DNA from: Clostridia bacterium
GTDB lineage: Bacteria; Bacillota; Clostridia; Acetivibrionales; JBAZRJ01
DNA: 64,000 bases
NCBI GenBank assembly: GCA_041662985.1
Contig: JBAZRJ010000002.1
Coordinates: 10,826 to 74,825 of the forward strand
Direction of reading: 5' to 3'
A program made the translations under genes and the position numbers. Every line of letters starts with the position of its first letter. Positions within the stretch are counted from its first letter, which is position 1. Under the pieces are notes generated by a model, which had not been told where the DNA came from, did not search any database, and saw nothing but the letters and a program-made list of their open reading frames with translations. Of the stretch, positions 9,317 to 18,502 are shown one piece after another.

Positions 9317-10639
9317 TTAAGCAACTTTTACCGATTTTTCGACACTCGTTTGCCCCTTGTATGATACCTTAAATACTACGACACTTCCTTTTTTTAGTGT
9401 TGCTGCCAGCTTAATTGAAAACGAGCCATTCGACATTGCATTGATGCTTTTCCAAACTCCGTTAATTTTGTATAAAACCTTTGCCTTTGAATAAGTAGTT
9501 CCCGATATTGTCTTGCTTGTTTTAGTCAATTTTTTCACCGTTGGCACGGTTGGTTTCACAAAAACATTCACCGGAGAACTTGTAAAAGTATTAAAGGTTA
9601 ATTTAATACTTATCTTGGTTCCGATACCTAATTTCTTTGTCAAAGTCTTTGTCCATTTCCCCGAAATGCCAGGAGTCACAGAATAATTTGTTTTTACGAC
9701 AGTTAACGAAATTTTGCTCCCAATGACAGCCGTTCCGCTAACAGAAGTACTTTTATCATTAACCGGGCTGACAGAAAGATAAACCGCAGTTGGAATTCCG
9801 CCCCATGGATTTGTAAAGCCGTTCTTCCCGCCAATATAATATATTCTGATTTTAGATGAACAATAGATAAACACGCCGGAATAAGTTTGCGGTGCATTAC
9901 CCAGAAAGAGTACCGACATTAATTTGGTGCAACTCTGGAAAGCGCCTGAATTCATTGTCTTTACGCCACTTCCTATTATAGCGCCGGTTAAGCCGGTGCA
10001 ATTTGCAAACGCATAATTTCCAATAGTAGCTACACTGTTCGGAATATTAACACCTGTAAATCCGGAACAATCCGAAAATGCATTTTTCCCAATACTTGCA
10101 GCTCCGCTTCCGAAGATTACGCTCTTTAGTCCATAGCAACCATCAAACATATAGTCCGGAATGCTTTTTAAACTATTTGGAATAACAACACTTGTCAAAG
10201 CTTCGCAATCGGTGAAAGTCCCAATATCAATGCTTTTTACAGCACTCCCGATAGTTACGCTGCTCAGTTTGTGACAATTTGCAAAAGTATAAGTCTCCAT
10301 ACTAGTCACGGTGTTTGGCATGGTAGCGCTCGTCATTTGAAAACAATGATTGAACGCATAATCACCTATACTGATAACCCCCAACGGGATAATAACACTT
10401 GTGATAACAGCATTATTATTGAAAGCATAGTCGCCAATACGTGTAACCTTATAGGTGCCAATCGTATCCGGGATTGTAACTGCGCCGCCAAACCCAATAT
10501 ATCTTGTAATTTCTGCGGTTGTTCCGGAAGCGACGTATTCGTAATCGCCGCTTTGCGCTGCAAATACAGGGGTATTCACAATCACAGTCATAGATAAAAT
10601 CGTCGCAAATACCAGAAAAACGCTTAATACTCTTTTCAT
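9317..10639 (-). CDS. Secreted BspA-type LRR (LRR_5) protein with two C-terminal Ig-like domains (non-Big_2 type)
   Basis: 440 aa with a signal peptide and IP..V.SIG.YAF..C repeats, then ...FTNPWGG. Two ~75-aa beta-rich repeats follow that resemble the C-terminus of the upstream gene product. GGAGG RBS. Confidence 0.8.
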   Translation of the reverse strand: MKRVLSVFLVFATILSMTVIVNTPVFAAQSGDYEYVASGTTAEITRYIGFGGAVTIPDTIGTYKVTRIGDYAFNNNAVITSVIIPLGVISIGDYAFNHCFQMTSATMPNTVTSMETYTFANCHKLSSVTIGSAVKSIDIGTFTDCEALTSVVIPNSLKSIPDYMFDGCYGLKSVIFGSGAASIGKNAFSDCSGFTGVNIPNSVATIGNYAFANCTGLTGAIIGSGVKTMNSGAFQSCTKLMSVLFLGNAPQTYSGVFIYCSSKIRIYYIGGKNGFTNPWGGIPTAVYLSVSPVNDKSTSVSGTAVIGSKISLTVVKTNYSVTPGISGKWTKTLTKKLGIGTKISIKLTFNTFTSSPVNVFVKPTVPTVKKLTKTSKTISGTTYSKAKVLYKINGVWKSINAMSNGSFSIKLAATLKKGSVVVFKVSYKGQTSVEKSVKVA

Positions 10640-10665
10640 AATCTTATCCTCCTTCGGGTCAGATT

Positions 10666-12150
10666 TTAAACTGCTTTCACAATTCTACTCGCACTGATTT
10701 GCCCCCCGGCCTTGCAGTAAACAGAAACTATCGTTCCTTTTTTTATTTTGGGAATTTTGACAGCAAAAGAACCCGTTTTCGTGCTTGCTTTTGCGTAATA
10801 AATTTTTGACCCTATTTTCGAATAGACCGTTGACCCTTTGGTCGCGGTTCCCTTAACAAAAGCAGCATTTGCTTTAAGCGCAGAAAAAGTCGGGGTTGCA
10901 GGGATGACATAGACATACTTAATCGCGCTGCCGAAACCATTGATTTTAACTAAAGCAGATACCTTCGTTCCCGCTTTAAGAACATTCGGTAAAACAACTT
11001 TCCAAACTCCTTTGAGAACCCTTGCAGTGTGCTTTTTCGTCCCCGTTGTTACGGTCACAACGCCCCCATTAACTGCCTTTCCAGTAATCAGCCTGGCAAT
11101 GTTGGTGATTGTGTTTAGAGACGGTACAGGCGGTGATTGAGAATATGGCTCTTTTAATGAACCTTTTCCATAAGTAAAGTCAATCAATGACATATCAATA
11201 TAAAAAGCCGGCCGAACGCCGCAACCATTACCGTTGAAGGTTGTGATATAGTAGTTTGGATCCGCGCCGAAAACTCCTTCACTAAGTGTAGAGACGGTAC
11301 GCACGCAGCTAAAATGATAGATATCGTTGTAAGGGGTTCGGAGCCAATAACTCCATGAAGAATCTCCTGAGTTGACATCGTACGGAAGCAGTGAGATTTC
11401 CACCGCTTTCTTTGTCGGTTTACCTAAGTAATAATCCGCGCCGAGAACACTGCTGTTTAAATATACATTATACAATTGCCTGACATCCAATAAAAACATC
11501 TTATCCGCTACGTTTTGATAGTAAGTATCGTCATAGTTCTGTACAACATCTGAGATGTCAGAATCAAATTTATGGACTGCACTACCTCCCACACCAAGCT
11601 TTTCGGAATCCACATAGTTAAGAAGTGATTTTTGAGTAACTGACTTTACAGCACTTATCTCATTTGCCGTAAAATTACCTTCCGCAAGAAAACCTTTCTC
11701 ATTATCGTAGGCGTAATATTTGCCGCCCTTGCCATCCGCAGATGCAACCTTATCTGCCGAAGGCGGACAACCATCAAGCCATATTACTTTTCCTGCTGTT
11801 GCAGTTGAGTTAAGCCATGATCGAATATTTGAAGTTTCCCACAGGTCAGACCCATAGTCTTCACGCATACCATAATCGTCGGATTGAGGGGTTCCATCCA
11901 AGTATTTATGGCTTCCCGAAGCATCATAAGGCTTTTTAGTCAAGATTTTATCCGAAAGCATAAGCGGGCCATTTTCGTCAATATCCACACACCGCCAAAT
12001 TATCGGTTCGCTGTAGTATTTACCCATCTGTACGTAATCGCCTATTTTGATTGTGTTTGTTGCTTGTGCAAATATCTGAAAATAAACATTTGGAACTAAG
12101 GCTAAGACTATAGAAGCAATCAGCAATAAACTAACTATTTTTTTCTTCAA
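10666..12150 (-). CDS. Secreted DUF6273-domain protein with two C-terminal Ig-like domains
   Basis: IKIGDYVQMGKYYSEPIIWRCVDIDENGPLMLSDKIL...WETSNIRSWLNS...MFLLDVRQL...YWLRTP...GVRPAFYIDMS fits the DUF6273 pattern. I place the start at TTG 12148-12150 (LKKKIVSLLLIASIVLA signal peptide, GGGGGAG RBS). The 65 upstream codons in the ORF track look spurious. Confidence 0.7.
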   Translation of the reverse strand: MKKKIVSLLLIASIVLALVPNVYFQIFAQATNTIKIGDYVQMGKYYSEPIIWRCVDIDENGPLMLSDKILTKKPYDASGSHKYLDGTPQSDDYGMREDYGSDLWETSNIRSWLNSTATAGKVIWLDGCPPSADKVASADGKGGKYYAYDNEKGFLAEGNFTANEISAVKSVTQKSLLNYVDSEKLGVGGSAVHKFDSDISDVVQNYDDTYYQNVADKMFLLDVRQLYNVYLNSSVLGADYYLGKPTKKAVEISLLPYDVNSGDSSWSYWLRTPYNDIYHFSCVRTVSTLSEGVFGADPNYYITTFNGNGCGVRPAFYIDMSLIDFTYGKGSLKEPYSQSPPVPSLNTITNIARLITGKAVNGGVVTVTTGTKKHTARVLKGVWKVVLPNVLKAGTKVSALVKINGFGSAIKYVYVIPATPTFSALKANAAFVKGTATKGSTVYSKIGSKIYYAKASTKTGSFAVKIPKIKKGTIVSVYCKAGGQISASRIVKAV

Positions 12151-12302
12151 TATGGCTCCCCCCTTAAATTTAAGTTGGCAGATTATATATTTTTTTGCGA
12201 AAGAAAACGAATTTAGACAAGATGTGGTAAAAAGTGAATGGTTAGCATTATATACGACTAATATATCATATTTTTTACTTTTCCGTATGATTTTTATAAA
12301 CG

Positions 12303-12372
12303 CTTGAAGTTTTGTATCTCCTTTGTATGTATATGACTTTGTCATTTTGACTCAACAAAAGTCGAACTATTT
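12303..12372 (+). repeat. Copy (a) of a ~65-70 nt intergenic inverted-repeat element
   Basis: ...cttgaagttttgtat...gactttgtcattttgactcaacaaaagtcgaactatttt. The right arm ACTTTnTCATTTTGnCTnAACAAAAGTCGAACTATT is shared with copies at 58625-58690 and 59671-59733. Confidence 0.6.
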
Positions 12373-12434
12373 TAATTTTTAATATACAAATGAGAGGGTT
12401 TATTGTAAAAATGTCAAGTTTTTTTATGTTTTAC

Positions 12435-12464
12435 TTGACATTTTATACACAAAAGTATTACACT
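12435..12464 (+). promoter_or_regulatory. Putative sigma-A promoter of the abiE operon
   Basis: TTGACA (12435-12440), an 18-nt spacer, then TACACT; about 25 nt upstream of GGAGG and ATG 12490. Confidence 0.35.
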
Positions 12465-12489
12465 TTAATAGTAATGGAGGCGATAATAT

Positions 12490-13188
12490 ATGAATTATAG
12501 GAATGAAGTAGAAAACTATATTAATTGTTTTGCTCAAAATAAATTAATAGTTGCAGGGAAATTATTTCAGGAAAAGTTGAATTTTATACCTGAAGCAACT
12601 TACTATAAGATCCTTGAACGCCTTATGAAAGAAAATAGACTTATCCGCGTTTCAAAGGGGATTTATACTAGACCCAAAACGACAAGATTTGGAGAAACCG
12701 GATTAAACGAAAGTTCAATCATTACCCATTACGCAAAGATGAACAAAAAATCAGGAATGATGATTGGCTACGGTTTATACAACAAACTCGGTCTTACCAC
12801 ACAGATTTCAAAGAAGACAGAGTTGTATTCGAATTTAATCACTGAGGAAAAAAAGGTTTTTAATAACATTCAGATTAAGAGAATTAATATGTCTTTAAAT
12901 AAGTCTAAAACAGACATAATTGAGGCATTTGAAACTCTGCAACACTATTATGAGATTGAAGATATCAACTTCTCTGCTTTCAGAGAATACATAAAAAAAG
13001 TAGCAAATCTTTATAATGATTCAACCGCAAATGAAGTGCTCGGTAAAATTAAATATAAGAAAAGGACCATCGCCTTTCTTCAGATGATTCTTAACTATTT
13101 TGGTGTTCAAAATACTTTGTCTAGTTATTTGACAAATACTTCGACATACAAAATCCCTAAAATGGAGGAAATTAATGAAGCTGAATAA
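12490..13188 (+). CDS. abiEi: AbiEi-family (DUF6088-type) antitoxin/transcriptional regulator
   Basis: 232 aa. ...LMKENRLIRVSKGIYTRPKTTRFGETGLNESSII...GYGLYNKLGLTTQISKK... is the wHTH plus GxY and LGLTTQ signature of AbiEi/DUF6088 proteins. 14-nt overlap with the downstream NTase toxin gene. Confidence 0.75.
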   Translation: MNYRNEVENYINCFAQNKLIVAGKLFQEKLNFIPEATYYKILERLMKENRLIRVSKGIYTRPKTTRFGETGLNESSIITHYAKMNKKSGMMIGYGLYNKLGLTTQISKKTELYSNLITEEKKVFNNIQIKRINMSLNKSKTDIIEAFETLQHYYEIEDINFSAFREYIKKVANLYNDSTANEVLGKIKYKKRTIAFLQMILNYFGVQNTLSSYLTNTSTYKIPKMEEINEAE

Positions 13189-14122
13189 TGATATAAAGAG
13201 TTTTAATGAACTGATTTCAATTGTCGCTGCAGATATTAATATCCCTCCTAATGCTGTAAAAAAGGATTACTTTATCGTAAAACTTCTTCAGAACCTTCAA
13301 AATAGCAGTTTTGCAGAACTAATTGTCTTTAAGGGCGGCACTTCGTTAAGTAAATGTTATCCCGGATCAATTGAAAGGTTCTCCGAAGATATCGATTTAA
13401 CTTTTATTCCTAATGACAATAATATGTCAGACAAACAATACGATAAGGCTATTAAACGTATAGAAACTGCGATTATTGGAGATGCTATTTCCCAAAAGAT
13501 TGATTCAGAACGAAGCAAAAGAAAAAAGAGTACGTATGTTTGGTTAGATGAAACAACTAAAGATGAAGATAAAATCAAACTTGAAATTGGCTCAACCGTT
13601 GAACCTTACCCATTTGAAAAAAGAATGTTAAAAACTTACATACAAGAATATTTGGAAAGCAAAAATATGAGCGATATTGTGCAAGAATTTGAACTAGAAG
13701 AAGTTGAAATCAATGTTTTATGTATAGACAGAACCTTTATCGATAAACTATTTGCAGTTAAGCGTCATGCCATTGCCGGAGATCTTTCGCATAAAGTAAG
13801 GCACATATATGATGTCACACGATTATTTGATATGCCTGAAATAAAGGATTTCTTGGCGGACAAGCAGATTCTGAAAGAGATTGTCAAAAAGACAAAAGAC
13901 ACCGATTTATATTACCTTGAAAAAGTAAGTGCTGCAAATGCATATAACCCGACAGAAGCATATGACTTTCTCTCTTGGAAAAAGTATCTTGATGGAACTA
14001 TAAAAGCCAATTACGAAACGCTGCACCACAACCTATTGTTTACCAACGAAAAGCAAGAATTTTCTAAAGCACTGGCAACTTTCGAGAAGATAAGTAATCT
14101 GCTTGCTGAAATCAAAGAATAA
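13175..14122 (+). CDS. abiEii: AbiEii/AbiGii-family nucleotidyltransferase toxin (type IV TA / abortive infection)
   Basis: 315 aa with VFKGGTSLSKCYPGSIERFSEDIDLTF, the GG(T/S)...(S/E)DIDL NTase signature of the AbiEii (DUF1814) family. Confidence 0.8.
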   Translation: MKLNNDIKSFNELISIVAADINIPPNAVKKDYFIVKLLQNLQNSSFAELIVFKGGTSLSKCYPGSIERFSEDIDLTFIPNDNNMSDKQYDKAIKRIETAIIGDAISQKIDSERSKRKKSTYVWLDETTKDEDKIKLEIGSTVEPYPFEKRMLKTYIQEYLESKNMSDIVQEFELEEVEINVLCIDRTFIDKLFAVKRHAIAGDLSHKVRHIYDVTRLFDMPEIKDFLADKQILKEIVKKTKDTDLYYLEKVSAANAYNPTEAYDFLSWKKYLDGTIKANYETLHHNLLFTNEKQEFSKALATFEKISNLLAEIKE

Positions 14123-14126
14123 GAAA

Positions 14127-14151
14127 TGGTAGACTGTATTACCAGTTTTTT
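14127..14151 (+). terminator. Intrinsic terminator after abiEii
   Basis: TGGTA-gactgtat-TACCA followed by TTTTTT, 5 nt after the stop. Confidence 0.5.
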
Positions 14152-14186
14152 CATATATATTGGTACAATAAATTTTTATCAACTAG

Positions 14187-14241
14187 TTGACACCTCCAGA
14201 CTATTATGATAGTTTAGATTTATACTATTGCAATAGTCTGG
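14187..14241 (+). promoter_or_regulatory. Promoter with two operator-like palindromes upstream of blaI-family gene
   Basis: TTGACA (14187-14192), 17 nt, then TAGTTT. Palindromes ACTATTATGATAGT (14200-14213) and ACTATTGCAATAGT (14224-14237) are nested in the outer inverted repeat CCAGACT...AGTCTGG. Confidence 0.5.
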
Positions 14242-14253
14242 GGGTGTTTCGTT

Positions 14254-14610
14254 TTGGAAAGCATCAAATTATTTGACAGCGAACTTAAAATCATGGATAT
14301 TATTTGGGAGAAAGAGCCCGTGTCCGCCAAGGAAATCAGCCTTGTTGCGGTGGATACAATTGGGTGGAATAAAAACACGACCTACACTATTATTAAAAAG
14401 CTAATTGAGAAAAATGCAGTTGCACGAACGGAACCAAATTTCATTTGTTCATCGCTTGTAAAAAAAGAAGAGGTGCAAAGAGCAGAAACAAAGAATCTGA
14501 TCGACAAACTATATGGTGGTTCAAAGAAAGCTTTCTTTGCCGCATTTATCGAAGGAAATATTTCAGACGATGAACTTGCTGAACTAAAAAAGCTGATTGA
14601 AAAGAGGTAA
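14254..14610 (+). CDS. BlaI/MecI/CopY-family transcriptional repressor
   Basis: 118 aa with an N-terminal wHTH (SELKIMDIIWEKEPVSAKEI...WNKNTTYTIIKKLIEKNAV) and a C-terminal dimerisation helix. TTG start, GGGGGTG RBS. Confidence 0.85.
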   Translation: MESIKLFDSELKIMDIIWEKEPVSAKEISLVAVDTIGWNKNTTYTIIKKLIEKNAVARTEPNFICSSLVKKEEVQRAETKNLIDKLYGGSKKAFFAAFIEGNISDDELAELKKLIEKR

Positions 14611-14613
14611 TTT

Positions 14614-15525
14614 ATGCTTTCCGAAATTTTTTATTGGGTTCTGAACCTTAGCATTACCGGGAGTATAGCAGGACTTATTTTAATAGCTTTGAGGAATATC
14701 AAAAGGCTCCCCAAATTTGCGGTTTATGTATTATGGGCAATTCCGCTACTGAGGTTATGGATGCCGTTTGGTATAGCGAACGAATATAGTTTGCTTAATT
14801 TGATATCAAAATTTACAACGAAAACGGTTGTCGTTTGGCAGAAGGTTCCTGAAATCACTATGACAAATATGCTTATGGGCGCGGATTCATATTTCCCGAT
14901 AGTTTATAAAACGGAACTGCTTCATAAAATATTCGAGGTCGCAACAATAGTCTGGATTAGTATTGCAGCCGCTGCAATACTCGCAGCCTTTTTGCTTTAT
15001 TGGTTTACGAAAATTGAATTAAGATATGCGGAGCATGTCAAAGATAACATTTACAAGTCGGATAAAGTTGTAACACCGGCCGTATATGGCATATTCAAAC
15101 AGAAAATCATTATTCCTTCTGTCCTTGCAGACAGCGATATCAGCTATATTGTTTTGCATGAAAACGTCCATATTAAACGCAGAGATAATTTCTTTCGCTT
15201 TATAGCGGTCATCACCGCTTGTGTACATTGGTTTAATCCACTTTCCTGGACATTTTTAAAATTATTTTTCACCGATCTGGAGCTTGCATGTGATACAAAA
15301 GTTTTAAAAACTCTTGATGACAGGCAATCAAAGGAATATGCAACAACCATTCTTAACTATGCATCAGATAAAGGTTTTTTCGCTTCGGCCTTTGGCGGTG
15401 CAAAAGTCAGGGTAAGAATTGAAACGATTTTATCATATAAAAAATTAACATTGGTATCGTCAGTTTGCTGTATCGCTTTATTTGGAGCAATTGCAATCAT
15501 TCTTATAACAAACGCGGTAAAATAG
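14614..15525 (+). CDS. BlaR1/MecR1-like M56 membrane metalloprotease, lacking a penicillin-binding sensor domain
   Basis: 303 aa with TM helices and HENVHIKRRD (HExxH followed by the RRD context typical of peptidase M56). It ends after one further TM helix, so there is no extracellular transpeptidase-like sensor. Confidence 0.8.
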   Translation: MLSEIFYWVLNLSITGSIAGLILIALRNIKRLPKFAVYVLWAIPLLRLWMPFGIANEYSLLNLISKFTTKTVVVWQKVPEITMTNMLMGADSYFPIVYKTELLHKIFEVATIVWISIAAAAILAAFLLYWFTKIELRYAEHVKDNIYKSDKVVTPAVYGIFKQKIIIPSVLADSDISYIVLHENVHIKRRDNFFRFIAVITACVHWFNPLSWTFLKLFFTDLELACDTKVLKTLDDRQSKEYATTILNYASDKGFFASAFGGAKVRVRIETILSYKKLTLVSSVCCIALFGAIAIILITNAVK

Positions 15526-15536
15526 GAGGAAATCTC

Positions 15537-16511
15537 ATGAACAGAAATAAAAAATACTATTACTTAACGCTGATTGGAATTATGTTAGCTTCTTATTACC
15601 CGATCTACATGGGCGTATTAGCTGTCACGGATTACATTCGTAAAGGATCAATCGACGTTGCGAACTATCCGAAATATATTATCCCATACACACCCATTTG
15701 CATTGCGCTAATTATTGCTGCTGCCTTGATGCCGGTTATTTTAAGATTTTTTAAGCGATTTGCTTTGCCGGTCATCTCTCTTTTGGGAGTGGGTGTATTT
15801 CTCATAAGTGAAATTCTTCTTGAAAACATGGTCATAATGACCTCAATAACCAGAGTTAAGCTTGAATCATGGCAGCTGATGATGTGCATAGCGACTCCGG
15901 AGGTTTTTGAAACAGTTCGCAACCCACTTGTCGGTGAATATAGTCCGGCTTTTAAAATTCATTTTTATATTATCTCCATCGTGGTTATTCTTGCCGTTAT
16001 TAATGTTATCTATGGATTTGCCAAAATGATTGCTGAAAATAATTATCGTAAAATAAAACCTTTGATAGCACAAGCAATCTCTGCAGTTATTTTTATCGGG
16101 CTATGCATATTTGCTTGTTTCACAGCCTTTTTCAGAAAAGGGAATATTAACATATCCCCGATTTCTGCATTCCTTATGACGATTTTTTTCATTGTATTCG
16201 GAGTAACTGCAGGAGTCTATATCGGAACGAGTTTCTACGGAAAGAAAAAGCTTTGGTCCACTATCATTCCTTCCATTTTCGCTGTATTTACAACATTTGT
16301 AATGTATGCCGGAGAGCTTGTTTTAATGGGCGGCAAGCTTTTTAAGTTCGGCAGCGGATTTTTATTTGAATCGCTCGGAGTGATACCTTTTTCGATTATT
16401 GATATTGCTATAATTCTGTCTTCCGGAGCATTAACATATATCATTTTAAATAATATCAAAGAATACGGGGAAGATTCCAGGGATGGTTCTGGGGATTTGC
16501 AAAATCCGTAA
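15537..16511 (+). CDS. Polytopic membrane protein of unknown function (third gene of the blaI-blaR1-like operon)
   Basis: Start placed at ATG 15537 (MNRNKKYYYL..., GGAGGA 7 nt upstream). About 9 predicted TM helices and no motif I recognise. Confidence 0.55.
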   Translation: MNRNKKYYYLTLIGIMLASYYPIYMGVLAVTDYIRKGSIDVANYPKYIIPYTPICIALIIAAALMPVILRFFKRFALPVISLLGVGVFLISEILLENMVIMTSITRVKLESWQLMMCIATPEVFETVRNPLVGEYSPAFKIHFYIISIVVILAVINVIYGFAKMIAENNYRKIKPLIAQAISAVIFIGLCIFACFTAFFRKGNINISPISAFLMTIFFIVFGVTAGVYIGTSFYGKKKLWSTIIPSIFAVFTTFVMYAGELVLMGGKLFKFGSGFLFESLGVIPFSIIDIAIILSSGALTYIILNNIKEYGEDSRDGSGDLQNP

Positions 16512-16517
16512 ATACAT

Positions 16518-16571
16518 TGGTGGGGGTGGTCGGAGTCGAACCGATATGATCTTTCGACTGAAGGATTTTGA
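16518..16571 (-). pseudogene. 3'-half fragment of tRNA-Leu(CAA) (copy A)
   Basis: tggtgggggtggtcggagtcgaaccgatatgatctttcgactgaaggattttga aligns with the CCA end, T arm, variable arm and 3' anticodon stem of the intact tRNA at 29903-29989. Similarity stops in the anticodon loop and no 5' half is present. Confidence 0.8.
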
Positions 16572-16591
16572 AATTGCCCGGTTTTGAAATC

Positions 16592-18433
16592 CTATTTTAT
16601 TGTCACCTTGCATTTGGCAGTTTTCTTACCATCAACGGTATATACATAAATGTAGACTGCACCTTTTTTTATTCCTCTGACAAGACCTTTTGAGCTTACT
16701 GTCGCAATACGTTTACTGCCCGTTTTCCAGTAAACCTTCTTATCGCTTGCATTTGTGGGATATACGGTTGCAATTAATCTGTATGTTTTGCCTTTTTTCA
16801 GAGTCAGTGTTTTTTTATTCAGTACAACCTTTGTGACAGGTACAATGACAGTAACTTTACAGGTCGCGATTTTTGCTCCGTCAACTGTCGTGACTGTAAC
16901 CGTTGCATAACCCTTCGCTTTTGCCGTTATTTTACCTGATGTAGAAACAGTTGCAATCTTTGTATTGCTAGATTTCCACGTAACCGCTTTATTTTCCGAA
17001 TCAATAGGACTAACTGTTGCCGTCAGCTGAAGCGTCTGAGCCACTTTCAGTTTTACTGTTGTTTTATTGAGCGCCACACCTGTAACATGTTTAGGCGGCA
17101 AGGTATCTCTTCCTTCTGTGACATATCCGTTCCATGGATTAGTAAAACCTGTTTTTCCGTTAATATAATAGACCTTAAATGTCGGTGATGCAAAGGCAAA
17201 CACACCGGTACCAATAACAGGTGCATTACCCAAAAAGTACGCAGCTGTAATATTTTGCTGACTATCGGAAAATGCATCATTGCCGATGATTGCAACATTT
17301 TCTGAAATCACTATTTCTTTCAGTCCGCTACAGGCATAGAATGCTCCCGCTTCAATTTCAGTTATGTTGTCAGGAATGGTGATTTGTGTAAGTCCCTGGC
17401 AGCTGTTAAATGCGTAATCCGGAATTTTATTAATGCCTGTCGGAATTGTAATCCCGGTCAGTGACCTGCAATATGCAAATGCACTTCCCTCAATTGATGT
17501 AACACTTCCGGGAATATTTATTGCAGTAAGCTGATCGCAGCCACTGAATGCAGAATTGCCAATAATGGTAACGGAATTGGGTATAGTTATACTCGTTAGG
17601 TTTTTACAGGAATTAAAAGCATAATTATGAATTTTAGTGACTGTATTTGGAATTGAATAACCGCCAATTATTCCGATAGGACATGTAATAAGTTCCGTCA
17701 GGTTTTTATTGAACAATACACCATTTTGGACTGAATAATTGGCATTATTGACGGAAACTATTATATTCGTTAGATTTTCAGAGCGATAAAATACGGCATC
17801 TTCAATTACAGTAACAGTATCCGGAATAGTAATGCTTGTAAGTTGGCTGCAACTCTCAAATGTATTTTTTGGAATTGTTGTCAATCCGCTTCCAATAGTG
17901 ACAGCGCTCAGTGAACTGCATGAAGAAAAAATTCCGTCACCTATTACGGTAACATTATTCGGAATTATTACATTGTTTAGAGCAGTGCAACCAAAGAAAA
18001 CAAAGTTGCCAATATCCGTAACCTTAGTTCCGATAGTGACATTTGTCATTGAAGAACACCCGAAAAAAGCTTGTTCTCCGATTGTTGTAACGTTATTTGG
18101 AATGATTATCTGTTCTAATTGATAGCAATCTCTGAATGCTTCAACTCCAATATTCGTTACGCTGTCTGGTATTGATATTTGTGTAACACTAGCGCATACA
18201 TGACACTGTGTAAACGAAGAATCTCCTATAACGGTTACGGGATATCCTCCGAGTGTATCCGGAATTACAACATTCCCTCCCGAACCTGAATAATCTAAAA
18301 TCGTTGCTTTTCCATCGGTTACCGAATAAGTATAATCACCTTCCTGAAAGTCTGCAAGCACTATGATATTGCTTGTCATCGTAATTGATAACACCAATGC
18401 TGCTGCTAAAAAAGTACTTAATATTCTCTTCAT
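16592..18433 (-). CDS. Secreted BspA-type LRR (LRR_5) protein with two C-terminal Big_2 domains
   Basis: Start placed at MKRILSTFLAAALVLS (GAGGG RBS). About 15 IP..VT.IG..AF..C units, ...FTNPWNGYVTEG, then two Big_2-like repeats. It ends ...KGAVYIYVYTVDGKKTAKCKVTIK, as in three paralogs. Confidence 0.85.
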   Translation of the reverse strand: MKRILSTFLAAALVLSITMTSNIIVLADFQEGDYTYSVTDGKATILDYSGSGGNVVIPDTLGGYPVTVIGDSSFTQCHVCASVTQISIPDSVTNIGVEAFRDCYQLEQIIIPNNVTTIGEQAFFGCSSMTNVTIGTKVTDIGNFVFFGCTALNNVIIPNNVTVIGDGIFSSCSSLSAVTIGSGLTTIPKNTFESCSQLTSITIPDTVTVIEDAVFYRSENLTNIIVSVNNANYSVQNGVLFNKNLTELITCPIGIIGGYSIPNTVTKIHNYAFNSCKNLTSITIPNSVTIIGNSAFSGCDQLTAINIPGSVTSIEGSAFAYCRSLTGITIPTGINKIPDYAFNSCQGLTQITIPDNITEIEAGAFYACSGLKEIVISENVAIIGNDAFSDSQQNITAAYFLGNAPVIGTGVFAFASPTFKVYYINGKTGFTNPWNGYVTEGRDTLPPKHVTGVALNKTTVKLKVAQTLQLTATVSPIDSENKAVTWKSSNTKIATVSTSGKITAKAKGYATVTVTTVDGAKIATCKVTVIVPVTKVVLNKKTLTLKKGKTYRLIATVYPTNASDKKVYWKTGSKRIATVSSKGLVRGIKKGAVYIYVYTVDGKKTAKCKVTIK

Positions 18434-18477
18434 ATTTTTTCCCTCGTTTTGTATTCCCAAAAACACATTTTGTTTAT

Positions 18478-18486
18478 ATTATATCA
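18478..18486 (-). promoter_or_regulatory. Extended -10 promoter TGaTATAAT of LRR gene 16592-18433
   Basis: Minus strand reads GTGATATAATATA about 45 nt upstream of the ATG. Confidence 0.45.
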
Positions 18487-18502
18487 CCCTTTATTTGCAC
18501 TT

